From positions 96,001 through 160,000 of the forward strand of contig CAWJQI010000001.1 of the NCBI GenBank assembly GCA_963845085.1: DNA of 64,000 nt, given 5' to 3'. The notes under the pieces are model-generated. The model had not been told where the DNA came from, searched no databases, and saw nothing but the letters and a program-made list of their open reading frames with translations. The DNA is from Candidatus Fermentibacterota bacterium. GTDB lineage: Bacteria > Fermentibacterota > Fermentibacteria > Fermentibacterales > JCC-6. The first letter of the stretch is position 1. Every line of letters begins with the position of its first letter. Shown here piece by piece: positions 26,801 through 37,962 of this stretch. The position numbers were made by a program, and so were the translations under genes.

Positions 26801-28444
26801 ATGAGCGACATCCGTTGGTCTGTAAGCCCCGGGGGTGAGAAATTCCCCCTCCCCGTCCCGGAGGACTACCCGAAAGAGCTTGAACGGCTTCGCACCATCG
26901 CCGACGCCAACAGGGCGTTGGGAAGGGAGATCGTGGCCGTTGTCGGCCTTGGATTCGTGGGGGCTGTGATGGCCGCGGTGGTGGCCGACTCGACCCGGGC
27001 CGACGGCACTCCGGGAAAATTCGTTATCGGAATGCAGAGACCCAGCACAAGAAGCTATTGGAAAACCCCCCTGATGAACCGCGGCATTTCGCCGGTCACC
27101 GCCGAAGACCCCGAGGTGGCCCCGATGATCGCTCGGTGCGTTCTTGACAAAAAAACGCTCGTCGCGACCTACACCGAGGAAGCCCTGGGGCTTGTAGACA
27201 CGGTGGTGGTCGACGTTCAGTGCGACTACCTCAAGAACCGCTTCGGGAACTGCAGGGACGGCTCCGCCGACATGGCCGCCCTCGAGGAGTCGCTCGGGGT
27301 GATAGCGCAGCACATTAGGCCGTCGGCCCTGGTTCTCATCGAGACAACGGTCCCCCCCGGAACGACCGAGCAGATCGCGTATCCGATAATGAAGAAGGTG
27401 TTCGAGAAGAGGGGCATCAACAGTGAACCCCTCCTCGCCCACAGCTACGAGAGGGTGATGCCCGGCCGCAATTACGTGGCCTCGATCAGGGATTTCTGGC
27501 GGGTTTGCAGCGGCGTGAACGCCGAGGCACGCGAACGTGTCTCGAAGTTCCTCACCGAGGTCCTCAACACGAAGGATTTCCCTCTTACGGTTCTCGACCG
27601 TCCCATCGAGTCCGAGACTGCGAAGATCATCGAGAACAGCTACCGGGCCACCATACTCGCATTCCTTGACGAATGGTCGGTTTTCGCGGAGAGAAACGGT
27701 GTCGATCTGAACAAGGTCATCAGTGCGATCAAGGTGCGGCCGACCCACTCGAACATGATCTTTCCGGGTCCCGGGATCGGCGGTTACTGCCTTCCCAAAG
27801 ACGGCGGTCTCGGCGTCTGGGCATACCGGCACATCATGGGCTTCGAGGATGACATCTTCAAGATCACGCCCATGGCGGTGGACATCAACGACACTCGCTC
27901 TCTCAGGGTTCCACAGATGGTGCGCGACGCCCTGCGGAACATGAACCGCGGCATCTCGTCCGCCGACATCCTTGTGCTCGGCGCCTCCTACCGCGAAGAC
28001 GTGGGCGACTCCCGCTACAGCGGTTCGGAGATCATCGTGCGGAAGCTCAGTGAGATGGGCGCCGACGTTAAGGTGCACGACCCCTACCTCGAACACTGGT
28101 GGGAGTTCGAGGCCCAGGATTCCTACCCGAAACCAGGCTTCAGCTGGGCGAGGTTCTTCCACAGACAGGCTCCGCTTGCAAATCTCAGGATCTCAAAGGA
28201 CCTCTGGGGGGCAATGAAGGGGGCCGATGCCATAGTGCTTGCAGTGCGCCATTCGGAGTACCTCGCCCTCGAACCTGATCAGGTCTTCGAAGCCGTGGGA
28301 AGGCCGTTCGCCGTGGTCGACTGCTTCTGTATCCTGTCCGATGCGAAGATTCGCCGTTACCTCGAGCTCGGATGCGAGGTCAAGGGCCTCGGCCGCGGCC
28401 ACATCAGACGGATGAAGGAAAGCGTGAAAACCGGGGCGCGATAG
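26801..28444 (+). CDS. Nucleotide-sugar dehydrogenase (UDP-glucose/GDP-mannose dehydrogenase family)
   Basis: AGGAGG RBS. Motifs GLGFVG, ETTVPPGTT, ERVMPG, K..ENSYR, GPGIGGYCLPKD and VHDPY. Confidence 0.92.
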   Translation: MSDIRWSVSPGGEKFPLPVPEDYPKELERLRTIADANRALGREIVAVVGLGFVGAVMAAVVADSTRADGTPGKFVIGMQRPSTRSYWKTPLMNRGISPVTAEDPEVAPMIARCVLDKKTLVATYTEEALGLVDTVVVDVQCDYLKNRFGNCRDGSADMAALEESLGVIAQHIRPSALVLIETTVPPGTTEQIAYPIMKKVFEKRGINSEPLLAHSYERVMPGRNYVASIRDFWRVCSGVNAEARERVSKFLTEVLNTKDFPLTVLDRPIESETAKIIENSYRATILAFLDEWSVFAERNGVDLNKVISAIKVRPTHSNMIFPGPGIGGYCLPKDGGLGVWAYRHIMGFEDDIFKITPMAVDINDTRSLRVPQMVRDALRNMNRGISSADILVLGASYREDVGDSRYSGSEIIVRKLSEMGADVKVHDPYLEHWWEFEAQDSYPKPGFSWARFFHRQAPLANLRISKDLWGAMKGADAIVLAVRHSEYLALEPDQVFEAVGRPFAVVDCFCILSDAKIRRYLELGCEVKGLGRGHIRRMKESVKTGAR

Positions 28445-28470
28445 CCCCGATCATCATCCCTTCTGCGGAC

Positions 28471-28503
28471 AACGGCCCTCGTCAAATGACGGGGGCCGTT
28501 TTC
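28471..28503 (+). terminator. Hairpin terminator between convergent genes
   Basis: AACGGCCCTCGTCA-AA-TGACGGGGGCCGTT followed by Ts. Confidence 0.7.
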
Positions 28504-28542
28504 ACAACGTTTTACTGCCGGAAATGATCCTGGGGCCTGCGG

Positions 28543-29133
28543 TCACTCCACGCTGTTGACCGCTCCGGGGGTACCCCAGCATTTGTCGTCGCCTGTGTCG
28601 GGATCGGGGCGGGGACAGTCGTAGTCAACAGACGGACCCCAGTTGAAGGCCTCGTTCGGCCCCCTGATGTCGATCTTTTCAAGCGAGGAACCGGTTCCGT
28701 CCGCGGCGCTTCTCGGGTCGCTCTCCCCCATGCCCCACTGGTCGGTGTATGACAGCATGTCCTGCATCATCCCGAAACGGTCGCTGAGGGTGATCATGTC
28801 GGATGAGTTGGCCAGCCCCGGCCACTCGCCCGTCCAGGAGACCACTGGAACCCTTGTGCCGTAGGCACCGACGAACGATTCCATGTCGGCGGGCACGACA
28901 ACCCTGGCGCCCGGCGAAAGCTCGAAGGCATCAAGCACAAGCCCGTTGCCCCGGTCGCTTACAATCATGCCGGCGAGCTGGATCGGAGCACTGGTGAGGT
29001 TGCAGAGCTCTATCCACTCGTACAGGCTGTCAGGGCCGAGGGTGGGGCCATCGGTGTTGTACATTATCTCGGTGATGACCACATCGTTCGTGGCGGACAG
29101 AACGGCAAGAGATATAAGCAGACCCGAAATCAT
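28543..29133 (-). CDS. Secreted lamin-tail-domain protein
   Basis: Motifs VITEIMYN, EWIEL.N, L.NSSD, G.SLE and GTPG..NS. Confidence 0.85.
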   Translation of the reverse strand: MISGLLISLAVLSATNDVVITEIMYNTDGPTLGPDSLYEWIELCNLTSAPIQLAGMIVSDRGNGLVLDAFELSPGARVVVPADMESFVGAYGTRVPVVSWTGEWPGLANSSDMITLSDRFGMMQDMLSYTDQWGMGESDPRSAADGTGSSLEKIDIRGPNEAFNWGPSVDYDCPRPDPDTGDDKCWGTPGAVNSVE

Positions 29134-29170
29134 TCGAACCTCCGATGAACCGCAGTCCCGTTCACTGCTG

Positions 29171-29854
29171 TCAGAACTTGAGATAACTCCCTATTCTAAC
29201 ATAGGGTCCCGAAAAATCGACCGAGAAGTCTCCAGTGTGCTCCCCTTCGAGCTTCACGCTGCACCCGCGGTAACCGCCCTCGGCGCCGAAAACAAGGGGG
29301 ATGCCCAGAATACCGCCGGACTCCTGGTCTATCCGCAGGCCGGCCGTGAAACCGATCCCTGAGGCGGTTTCCGAAGACGAGGTGTTGGGGGTGTCGATGC
29401 TCCTCGTGACCATGGCAAGGGACGGACCGCCGCCCACGGAAACGGACGGGTTTCCGGTTAGCTTGTAGTACGCTGACAAATCAATATTTACGGAATTGTC
29501 ATCAATCGCCACCACTTCATCCTTCGGGTCGCCGAAGAGGAAGCCCAGCCCCCCCGTCAGTATGCCTATCAGTATGTAGCTGCCGGGATCGTAATTCTCC
29601 TCGTACGAGCCGTTGAACCTGCTGACCGAGACAGCGCCCCTCAGCCTGATGTTCCGCGATACGTCCCCCAGGGCTTCAAGACCGCCGGTCCACGCCATTC
29701 CGTCGAGTTTGACGGGCAGACCGCCCTCGGCAAGCAAATCGGCGTAGTCCTTTTCGTCGGCCATTGAGGGAAAACCGCCGTCAAACGTGAAACCAATCCT
29801 GAAAGAGCTTCCCGTCAGCGCGAGAAGCGCCATGGTCGAGATGATCCCTGTCAT
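29171..29854 (-). CDS. Hypothetical outer-membrane beta-barrel protein
   Basis: Signal peptide, alternating beta-strands, and C-terminal GPYVRIGSYLKF ending in Phe. Confidence 0.65.
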   Translation of the reverse strand: MTGIISTMALLALTGSSFRIGFTFDGGFPSMADEKDYADLLAEGGLPVKLDGMAWTGGLEALGDVSRNIRLRGAVSVSRFNGSYEENYDPGSYILIGILTGGLGFLFGDPKDEVVAIDDNSVNIDLSAYYKLTGNPSVSVGGGPSLAMVTRSIDTPNTSSSETASGIGFTAGLRIDQESGGILGIPLVFGAEGGYRGCSVKLEGEHTGDFSVDFSGPYVRIGSYLKF

Positions 29855-30189
29855 TGTCTGTTGACCTCCAGGATGGTTACGGAAACCCTTTCGCCCTCGA
29901 GATACACTTCCACCGTATAAAGGCCGTCGCCAGGGTATTCTCCGGAGTCATCCATCAGGTCCCACGTTACGGAGTGGTCGCCCGCGCCCTGTTCCTCCCC
30001 GGAAACAAGGGTGCGGACCGTCATCATGCAGCTGTTCTGCACAAGAATATCGACCGTGCCGGAAGCCCCCAGCGTGTAGGGGACATCGACCTGATCCTCG
30101 ACCACGATGAACGGGTACCCCGTGTCATCGCAGGAGAGGAACAGCATCGGAAGAAGCAGGCAGAGAAAGCGCACCGGGTTTCCAATCAT
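29851..30189 (-). CDS. Lipoprotein with stand-alone FlgD Ig-like domain
   Basis: Lipobox FLSC. VRTLV...G.HSVTWD..DDSG....GLY. Confidence 0.75.
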   Translation of the reverse strand: MIGNPVRFLCLLLPMLFLSCDDTGYPFIVVEDQVDVPYTLGASGTVDILVQNSCMMTVRTLVSGEEQGAGDHSVTWDLMDDSGEYPGDGLYTVEVYLEGERVSVTILEVNRQ

Positions 30190-30294
30190 GCCTTCACCCC
30201 CATTGGCGTTCGAATCCGGATGGATTCATGTAATCGGTCATTATATACCGTTCAAGGGGCGCCAACAAGTCGTTTTCCATTGGAGGGACCCGAT

Positions 30295-31005
30295 TCAGCC
30301 GGGAATGGACGCGAGCACCGTTTCGGCGTAGAGCCTTGCGCCCCGGCTGTTGAGATGGGCGCCATCCATGGTGAGATGCAGCCCCCTCCGCTTCGAAAGG
30401 TAGTCGGCGCCGGCGTCGGGGGCTGTCACAAGGTTGTCGATGATGACCGAGGAATGCCTGTCCAGGAAATAGGGGGACGGGCTGTCAATGTTTCCGAGTT
30501 CCCGTTCAAAGGCAAACGCGACGTCGGCGAGCGCAGCGCCGTGCTTCTCCGCGAGCTTTCTTATGACATCGTTGTAGCGGTTCCTGCTCTGATTCGCCTC
30601 GCTCGAAAGATCCTCCCCGAGGCAGGCTATCGTGGCAAGAACCACCCCCACGCGTGACGGCACTCCGCCCAGCATCTCGTCGAAGGTCTTCGCAAAAGCC
30701 TCCGGCGTGGTCATGGGAACGCTTCCATGGAACTGCAGGTTCATAGCCGTCTTCTTCCATCCCCCTCCGCGGCGGTGCAGAAGGGGGATGAGAATGTCGT
30801 TCGCTCCCACCTCGACAAGAAGGATGTCCGGCAGGTGCGTGGAGAGGAGGGGGTTCATCCGCCAGCGCGCCTCGGTTACCGTGGAACCGCCCCGGCCCTC
30901 TGCGAGAAGGTCGAATCCGCAACCAAGCCGGGTCATCATCATGGGGTACCCCACACCCGGGTGCCCCGCGGTAAGACTGTCTCCGAGAAGAAGGAGCTTC
31001 TTCAT
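30295..31005 (-). CDS. SGNH/GDSL hydrolase
   Basis: Motifs LGDSLT, GAND and DGAHLN. Confidence 0.9.
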   Translation of the reverse strand: MKKLLLLGDSLTAGHPGVGYPMMMTRLGCGFDLLAEGRGGSTVTEARWRMNPLLSTHLPDILLVEVGANDILIPLLHRRGGGWKKTAMNLQFHGSVPMTTPEAFAKTFDEMLGGVPSRVGVVLATIACLGEDLSSEANQSRNRYNDVIRKLAEKHGAALADVAFAFERELGNIDSPSPYFLDRHSSVIIDNLVTAPDAGADYLSKRRGLHLTMDGAHLNSRGARLYAETVLASIPG

Positions 31006-31048
31006 CAATTCCCTTCCGGAACGCAGCGGCGGAAGGTGCCGGACCGCA

Positions 31049-32275
31049 TCAACTGAAGGACTTGATCGACTTGCTGATGATCCCGACACAGTCGAGGATC
31101 TGCTCCCCGGTTATGACGAGGGGCGGCGCAAACCTGATGATGTCGCCGTGGGTGGGTTTGGCCAGAAGCCCGTTGCGGGCCATCTCAAGGCAGACGTCCC
31201 ACGCTTCCATGCCCTTCACCGGCTTGATGACCACGGCGTTCAGCAGGCCTTTGCCGCGTACGGCAGAGATCATCGGCGAATCGATGGCCCTGAGTTCCCT
31301 GCGAAGAACCTCGCCGAGCTTTTCAGCCCTTTCGGCGAGCTTCTCCTCGCGAACAACCTCCAGCGCGGCGATGGCAACCCTCGCTCCGACAGGGTTGCCG
31401 CCAAAGGTCGAACCATGCTGTCCGGGTTTGATCACGAGCATGATCTCGTCATCTGCGAGAACCGCGGACACCGGGTACATCCCCCCGCTGATTGCTTTCC
31501 CGAGGATCAGGATGTCGGGCCTTACATTCTCATGATCGCAGGCGAGCAGCCTGCCGGTGCGGGCGATGCCGGTCTGGACCTCGTCCGCTATGAAGAGAAC
31601 GTTCTTCCGCCTGCACAGCTCGGCGGCACCCCTGAGAAAGCCCTCATCGGGAACGAAAACGCCAGCCTCGCCCTGTATGGGTTCGACGAGAAAGCCCCCG
31701 ACCTCGGGGTCGAGGAGTGCCTCCTCGAGGGCGGAAAGATCGTTGTAGGGTATCCTCACGAAGCCGGGCGTGAAGGGGCCATAGTCGCCGTAGCCGTCAG
31801 GGTCGCTGCTGAATGAGACGATTGTTGTGGTCCGGCCGTGGAAGTTGTTCTCGCACACAATGATCTTTGCACGGTTCTCGGCAATGCCCTTGACCCTGTA
31901 CGACCACTTGCGGCAGAGCTTGATGGCGGTCTCGACGGCTTCGGCGCCGGTGTTCATGGGAAGCACCCTTGAGTAGCCGAAGTACTCCGTGACGTACTTC
32001 TCGAAGGAACCGAGCACATCGTTGTAGAATGCCCGGGAAGTCAGCGCGAGCACCTGGGCCTGGTCGACGAGGGCCTTCACTATCTTTGGATGGCAGTGTC
32101 CCTGGTTGACCGCGGAGTACGAGGAGAGGAAGTCATAATAGCGCTTCCCCTCGACATCCCAGACGTGAACTCCCTGTCCCCTGCAGAGGACCACGGGAAG
32201 GGGGTGGTAGTTGTGGGCGCCGTACCTGTCCTCGAGATCCATTGCCATCTTGGATGTAAGTCGTTCTGAAGCCAT
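31049..32275 (-). CDS. rocD: Ornithine--oxo-acid aminotransferase
   Basis: Motifs [43 protein letters not shown] and HGSTFGGNP. Confidence 0.97.
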   Translation of the reverse strand: MASERLTSKMAMDLEDRYGAHNYHPLPVVLCRGQGVHVWDVEGKRYYDFLSSYSAVNQGHCHPKIVKALVDQAQVLALTSRAFYNDVLGSFEKYVTEYFGYSRVLPMNTGAEAVETAIKLCRKWSYRVKGIAENRAKIIVCENNFHGRTTTIVSFSSDPDGYGDYGPFTPGFVRIPYNDLSALEEALLDPEVGGFLVEPIQGEAGVFVPDEGFLRGAAELCRRKNVLFIADEVQTGIARTGRLLACDHENVRPDILILGKAISGGMYPVSAVLADDEIMLVIKPGQHGSTFGGNPVGARVAIAALEVVREEKLAERAEKLGEVLRRELRAIDSPMISAVRGKGLLNAVVIKPVKGMEAWDVCLEMARNGLLAKPTHGDIIRFAPPLVITGEQILDCVGIISKSIKSFS

Positions 32276-32389
32276 CTCGCACTCTCCCTAAAAAGCCGAC
32301 ACAGCCGGTCCTCTGATGGAAAACCGGTTTCTGCCGATGTTTCAGTGGTGAAAGCCGGGTGTCCCGCCTTTCGCTCGCATTGAGGGTGG

Positions 32390-32418
32390 ATGCTAACAAA
32401 GCGTCCCGGAAAAGTCAA
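32390..32418 (-). promoter_or_regulatory. Sigma70-type promoter of rocD
   Basis: Minus strand TTGACT-17 nt-TAGCAT. Confidence 0.55.
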
Positions 32419-32488
32419 ATTCCGGGGATTGTCCGGGATGGCGGAGCTCGACATATAAAGCGCTGGCTTTTCAGAGAAAGGGCGGGGG

Positions 32489-32875
32489 ATGAAGCCCTCC
32501 GGGGGTAACTACATCCAGTGGTCGGTCGCGCAGATGGTTTCAGGCGTCGTCTGCGCGTCGCTCACCCTCTTCTCGAACATGCCGTTCCCATTTGTGCTTC
32601 TTGCATCTCTTACCGTGATAGCCCTTTACAAACTCCTTTACAGATGGGAGCACAGGGCCACCGAGGGGGAGATGCAGTCTATGCTCAGGGTGTTCTCGCT
32701 GTCCAGTCTGGCAACACTCGTCTTTCTCACCGTCGCCGGCCGCTGGTTGAACGGGATCTGGATCAACGCCCTGTGGAGCACCGCGCTGATATCAAGGGGC
32801 CTGTTCGGTCTCATCCAATTCCGCCGTCAGGGGGATGATCCCGCGGCGAATACGGGAAAGGAAGCCACGGAATGA
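32489..32875 (+). CDS. Hypothetical small membrane protein (about 4 TM)
   Basis: Hydrophobic ORF with an ATGA overlap into the next gene. Confidence 0.65.
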   Translation: MKPSGGNYIQWSVAQMVSGVVCASLTLFSNMPFPFVLLASLTVIALYKLLYRWEHRATEGEMQSMLRVFSLSSLATLVFLTVAGRWLNGIWINALWSTALISRGLFGLIQFRRQGDDPAANTGKEATE

Positions 32876-34522
32876 AGAGACATGCCATGATGATGCTCTG
32901 TCTTGCCCCTGCGGCTGCGGTCGGGGCGAACTCTGCGCTGTCCGTCGAAGTGACGCCCGACGGGATCTTCTACCTCCCCAACACCGGTGTTCCCGCCGTG
33001 TCGGCGCCAATCCCTTTCATTCTTGACTCATCCGTCATCTGGCAGTACAGCCAGGCGGACGGACTGACCCAGAAGACCTGCCCCATGGGGAACGGAGGCG
33101 AATACGTCCTGACCGGCGGCTGGTACGGCGGCGGCAGGATGTTCGAGGGGGTTTTGGGCAATGGTGAGGTGTTCTGGCAGTCCGAGCCCGAACTCGGCGA
33201 AAACGAATACTGGACATCGCTCGGCACCGGGACCTCGGCAGCCGATACGGCCGACCGATACTGGCTCGCACGGGTGTTTTCGGTGTGGAACGACAACGGC
33301 ACGCCCGGCTACACCCCCGACGACTTCCTTGTTTCAGAGAACAATCTCCAGGTTTGTCTTTTCAACGGGGCGTCATCCACTCCGCTTTGGACCTGGGAGG
33401 GCACTGAGAACTTTCAGAGCGGGGCTGTCGACGGGCCAGGCACGTACGACTGCTCTTCCGACGGAGCGACCTTCGCTCTGGGCGGCCTGATGAACGGGCA
33501 TCTGGCCGTTCTGGTTTTCGGGTACGAATCACCCGATCCGATTGCTCGTCTATGAGAACGAGGACTTCACCTATTCACCCAGACAGCTCAGGCTGACCTC
33601 AGACGGGGCGAAACTCGTCTTCAGCGTCGGTGCGACTCTGCTTCGGGTGGATGCCGTCTCCGGGAGCCTCGAGGACACGTATGACCTCGGGGCCTCCACC
33701 GACTGCTTCGGTGTTTCTGCCGATGGTTCGCTCGTCGCCTACGGCTTTACGGCCGCCAAGCTCGCCGCCTGGAACGGCTCTGAGTACACGCTCTCGTGGT
33801 CCCGGAACGCGACTGGCTACTACGCCGGTTCGGCTGCAGTTTCCGACGACAACGAGGTCGTGTACTTCGGGTTCTACAAAAGCACGTACACGTCCAACAG
33901 GATATACCGGTTCGACCCGGCAGGCTCCACCCCCACATGGATATACGACTACCCGGCAGGCTCCGGCGCCCATCAGGACATCATCAGCTGGATGGACTGC
34001 TCGGCGGACGGAAGATGGCTTGCCGCATCATCATGGGGCTGCCAGACCGGTGGCGGTGACGAGGTTACCGTACTTGACGACATGAACCCGGCCGCGCCGG
34101 TCTTCTCGATCAACACACCGGGCTCGATGTTCCATGTCGACATCGCCCCGGACGGAAGCCTTGTCACGGCTGCGGGAAAGCATGTTCATGCGAACGTCTT
34201 CGGCTCCGGCACGGATGTTTGCATGGCCGAAGTCACCACGACGGGGCTTCAGAGCGGCACTCCGGAAACGCTCTCGCTTGCCGCGGGGCCCAATCCCTGC
34301 GCCGGCACTGCGGTTTTCGAGCTTCAGCTCCCATCTCCGTGCCAGGTGGAGCTTGATGTGTTCGACATCGCGGGACGAATGGTCTCAACCGTGTACTCGG
34401 GCACTCTCGGCACCGGGGTTCACAGCTTCCAGTACTCCATCGACGGGGCGAACGGCCTTTACCTGGTTCGCGCAAGGGCCGGGGAACTCGTGGCAGGCGC
34501 GAGGATCATGCTGACCCGCTGA
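32872..34522 (+). pseudogene. Secreted WD40/YVTN-like propeller with T9SS-type CTD, split by a +1 frameshift near 33542
   Basis: ORF 32872-33555 has the signal peptide. ORF 33542-34522 continues the S.DG repeats and ends PNP...FDIAGR...GLYLVR. Removing one base in CCGATTGCTC fuses the two. Confidence 0.8.
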
Positions 34523-36977
34523 GAGCCGCCCGGGACGAATGCAGGCGGTTTCTCCTGAGGCTGTTCGAGTTGGCAACCACCGTGATAGAGCTCGTTGCCA
34601 TGGCTATTTCCGCGAGAACCGGGTGCATCCAGCCCGCCATGGCGAGGGGGATCATCACGGCATTGTATGCGAAGGCCCAGAAGAGGTTCTGACGGATCTT
34701 GGCGAATGTCGCCCTGCTCAGGGTGACAGCCTTCACGATCCCCTGAAGGTCCCCGCCGACAAGTGCGACATCGGCAGCCTCGAGGGCAACATCGGTTCCG
34801 GTGCCCAGGGCAATCCCCACATCGGCGCCCGCAAGTGCTGGCGCATCGTTGATGCCGTCACCGACGAAGGCAACAGATCCGTATTTCTCCCTGAGCATTT
34901 CCACCTCGGACAGCTTTCTGTCCGGCAGAACTTCCGCGGCGACATGATCCATCCCCAAAAGGGATGCCACGGTTTCAGCGGTCCGCCTGTTGTCGCCAGT
35001 GACCATCACTGTCACCATTCCCATCGCCCTGAGCGCATCGACGGTTCTCCTGGCCGATTCCTTCAGTTCGTCCCTTGCTTCAAAGACAGCCTTCACCCCG
35101 CCCGATTCCATGAGCAGAAAGCCGGTGGAGCCGCGCTCCGAGATCTCGTCCAGTTTCGTGCGCGCCTCCGCTGGCAGGGGTATGCCGAGGCTTTCGGCGA
35201 GCCTCGGGGAGCCAACGGCAGCGGCCGCGCCGGCAACGAACGCCGAAATCCCCATGCCGCTCTCGTTCCTTATCCCGACCGGTTCGGGGAACGTCACCCC
35301 CATGCCTTCCGCAGCCGCCAGCACCGAGAGGGCAAGGGGATGGGTCGATGCCGACTCCACCGAGGCAGCTGTTGAAAGGGCGCCCTTTACCGTCGCACCG
35401 CCAAGTGGGAAGACAGAAACAACAACGGGCTTTCCAGTCGTCAGGGTACCCGTTTTGTCGAAGGCGATGGCCTTCACGCCGCTGAGCTCCTGTATGGCAG
35501 CACCGCTCCTGAAGAGTATGCCCCGCTCGGCGCCCATGCCGCTGCCGACCATGAGGGCGGTGGGGGTGGCAAGGCCGAGCGCGCACGGGCATGCGATGAC
35601 AAGCACCGCAACCATGGCAAAGAGCGCTCCCGTAACGCCCCCCGCACCGGTTACCCAGGGAAGGAAACCGCCCAGCTCTCCCAGTCGGGACGAGATGCCC
35701 GGGAAAAGCACATGCATCAAAAAAGTGGCTGAGGCGATGGCCATCACGACCGGCACGAACACACGGGTGACCCTGTCCGCGAATTCCTGAACCGGCACCC
35801 TGGTTCCCTGGGCGCGTTCCACAAGGGTTGCGACCTGCGCGAGAAAGGTCTCACTTCCTATCTTCTCCGCCCTGACCTTGAGAAGGCCGTCGATGTTCAC
35901 GGAGGCTCCTATCACCCCGTCGCCCGGGGATTTCCTAACCGGCATGCTCTCCCCCGTGGCCATGGACTCGTCGGCACTCCCCTCCCCCTCCTCGACCGTC
36001 CCGTCGGTCGGGTACTTCTCACCAGGTCTGACAACCATCACGTCCCCCACCCTGATCTCCCCTGCCGGGATCTCGACGAGGATCCCATCCCTCTCGACCC
36101 TGGCGGTCTTTGCGCCGAGGGCCAGAAGGCGCCGGATGGCCAGGGATGCACGGCCCCTGGCACGTGCCTCCACGAACCTTCCGGTGAGATGGAAGGCCAT
36201 GATCATGGCCGAGATGCCGGCATAGTTCGCCACCGGGGCGAAGAACGAGGCAGGGCCGGTCAGAAGCGATGCACCCGTGCCGAGGGTTATCAGGGAGTCC
36301 ATGTTGGCGTTGCCGTGTGCAAGCGCCCTGACGCCTCCCTTCAGCGTGGGCCATCCCGCCATGAAAAGAACAGGGAACGACAGCAGGATGGTCCCCCACC
36401 GGTAGACTGCGGCGCCGGGCCATTCCGAGTGAAGGAACATGTGCGGGAGCATCAGGAGAATGACGATGCCCGTCGGAACCCAGGCCAGGAGAAGCCTTCT
36501 CCTTGCATCGTGCAGCCGTTTCATCTCCGTTTCCGCGGCATCGGGGGAAGCGTCTCCACTGATTTCGGCAATGCCGTAACCGGCACCCTTCACCGCCCTC
36601 TCGAGGGCATCGGTACCGGCCAGGGAAGGTATGGCCTTCACAAGGGCCGTTCCCGTAACGGGGTCGACCGAGGCTTCGATCACCCCCTCCGTCTCAATCA
36701 GTGCCCTGGCCACGGCGTTCGAACAGGAGACGCATGACATCCCGAGAACGCCAAGCCTTGTTTCCGCCGTGGGCACTGAATACCCGGCCCTCTCAACGGC
36801 CTTTGCAAGTGCGGCTGCATCTACCCTTCCCTTTGCCGCGAACCCGGCGGACCCGGCGGCGAGGTTGACCGACACATCAGCCAGCCCTTCGACACCCTCG
36901 AGTGCCCTTTTCACCGCCGCAGAACATGCGCCGCATGTCATGCCCGTCACCGGAACGGTAATTCTTCTGTCTTTCAT
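34506..36977 (-). CDS. copA: Cu(I)-type P1B heavy-metal ATPase
   Basis: Two GM(T/S)CxxC metal-binding domains. Motifs TGES, CPCALG, DKTGT, HP, GDGIND, YN and MATSS. Confidence 0.93.
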   Translation of the reverse strand: MKDRRITVPVTGMTCGACSAAVKRALEGVEGLADVSVNLAAGSAGFAAKGRVDAAALAKAVERAGYSVPTAETRLGVLGMSCVSCSNAVARALIETEGVIEASVDPVTGTALVKAIPSLAGTDALERAVKGAGYGIAEISGDASPDAAETEMKRLHDARRRLLLAWVPTGIVILLMLPHMFLHSEWPGAAVYRWGTILLSFPVLFMAGWPTLKGGVRALAHGNANMDSLITLGTGASLLTGPASFFAPVANYAGISAMIMAFHLTGRFVEARARGRASLAIRRLLALGAKTARVERDGILVEIPAGEIRVGDVMVVRPGEKYPTDGTVEEGEGSADESMATGESMPVRKSPGDGVIGASVNIDGLLKVRAEKIGSETFLAQVATLVERAQGTRVPVQEFADRVTRVFVPVVMAIASATFLMHVLFPGISSRLGELGGFLPWVTGAGGVTGALFAMVAVLVIACPCALGLATPTALMVGSGMGAERGILFRSGAAIQELSGVKAIAFDKTGTLTTGKPVVVSVFPLGGATVKGALSTAASVESASTHPLALSVLAAAEGMGVTFPEPVGIRNESGMGISAFVAGAAAAVGSPRLAESLGIPLPAEARTKLDEISERGSTGFLLMESGGVKAVFEARDELKESARRTVDALRAMGMVTVMVTGDNRRTAETVASLLGMDHVAAEVLPDRKLSEVEMLREKYGSVAFVGDGINDAPALAGADVGIALGTGTDVALEAADVALVGGDLQGIVKAVTLSRATFAKIRQNLFWAFAYNAVMIPLAMAGWMHPVLAEIAMATSSITVVANSNSLRRNRLHSSRAALSGSA

Positions 36978-37033
36978 GCCTGCTCCCTGCTCCCGGGATC
37001 AACAGATTTTTGGGGCGACTGCCTGACTTTTCC

Positions 37034-37062
37034 TTGTACACGCCCGGGCACTGTTCTATAAT
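37034..37062 (+). promoter_or_regulatory. Sigma70-type promoter of the ABC operon
   Basis: TTGTAC-17 nt-TATAAT, 30 nt upstream of the ATG. Confidence 0.6.
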
Positions 37063-37092
37063 TGCTTCCTGGCGTCAAATCCGGGAGGGGTC

Positions 37093-37962
37093 ATGGCTTC
37101 CGATTCTCCAGTGTCAGTTGAGCACCTTGTAAGGTCTTTTCAAACAAGGGCCGGCCTCGCGAAGGTCGATGCGGTGAAGGATGTGAGCTTCACCGTGGAA
37201 CCGGGCGAGATACTGGGCTTCCTGGGCCACAACGGAGCGGGGAAGACCACAACCATGAAGTGCGTTCTCGGCCTTCTCCATCCCAACTCCGGAAGAGTGC
37301 GCGTCTGGGGGCGGGTTCCGGGCAGTCAGGCCGCCAGGGCCAGGCTCGGTTACGTTCCCGAAAACCCCGACTACGACCAGAGCTTCTCCAGCCTTGAACT
37401 CCTGCGCGCCTTCGCCTCAATGCGGCGGTTGAAGGGGTCCGACACCGACTGGCGCAGGCTGCTCGACCGGGTCGGGCTGAGGGGCTGGGAGGACATGAGG
37501 CTGAGGCAGTACTCCAAGGGCATGCGCCAACGGCTGAGCCTCGCACTCGCCCTTCAGTCATCCCCGGGGCTTCTTGTGATGGACGAGCCGACGGGCGGCC
37601 TCGATCCCATCGCCAGAAAGGAGTTCCGCGACATAATCCTCGAGGAGAACCGGCGCGGCGCGTCGATATTCCTCTCCTCACACATACTCAGCGAGGTCGA
37701 GAGCGTCTGCCACAGGGTCCTGATCCTCAACAGGGGGGCGGTGGTCAGGGCGGGCACGCTCGACCAGCTCCTTGGCGGGGAGGAGAGCCATCGCATCACA
37801 TACATTGAAGACGGAGCCCAGATGGAACTGACCGTTCCCACTGCCGACCTTCAGAAAAGCATCGACATGCTCAGGGGCAGGGGCTGTCCGGTAACCGGAG
37901 TCGAGAGGAGCTGGAAAAGCCTCGAGGAAGTGTTCCTCTCCGCAACGGAGGCCGCACCGTGA
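37093..37962 (+). CDS. ABC-2 type exporter ATP-binding protein
   Basis: Motifs GHNGAGKTT, YSKGMRQR, MDEP and SSH. Confidence 0.95.
   Translation: MASDSPVSVEHLVRSFQTRAGLAKVDAVKDVSFTVEPGEILGFLGHNGAGKTTTMKCVLGLLHPNSGRVRVWGRVPGSQAARARLGYVPENPDYDQSFSSLELLRAFASMRRLKGSDTDWRRLLDRVGLRGWEDMRLRQYSKGMRQRLSLALALQSSPGLLVMDEPTGGLDPIARKEFRDIILEENRRGASIFLSSHILSEVESVCHRVLILNRGAVVRAGTLDQLLGGEESHRITYIEDGAQMELTVPTADLQKSIDMLRGRGCPVTGVERSWKSLEEVFLSATEAAP

Noticed and set aside
26348..28162. 604-aa minus-strand ORF and similar long antisense ORFs (e.g. 5385-6854, 21856-23103, 23578-24966)
   Set aside because: They lie opposite well-supported genes and are expected from GC-rich codon bias.
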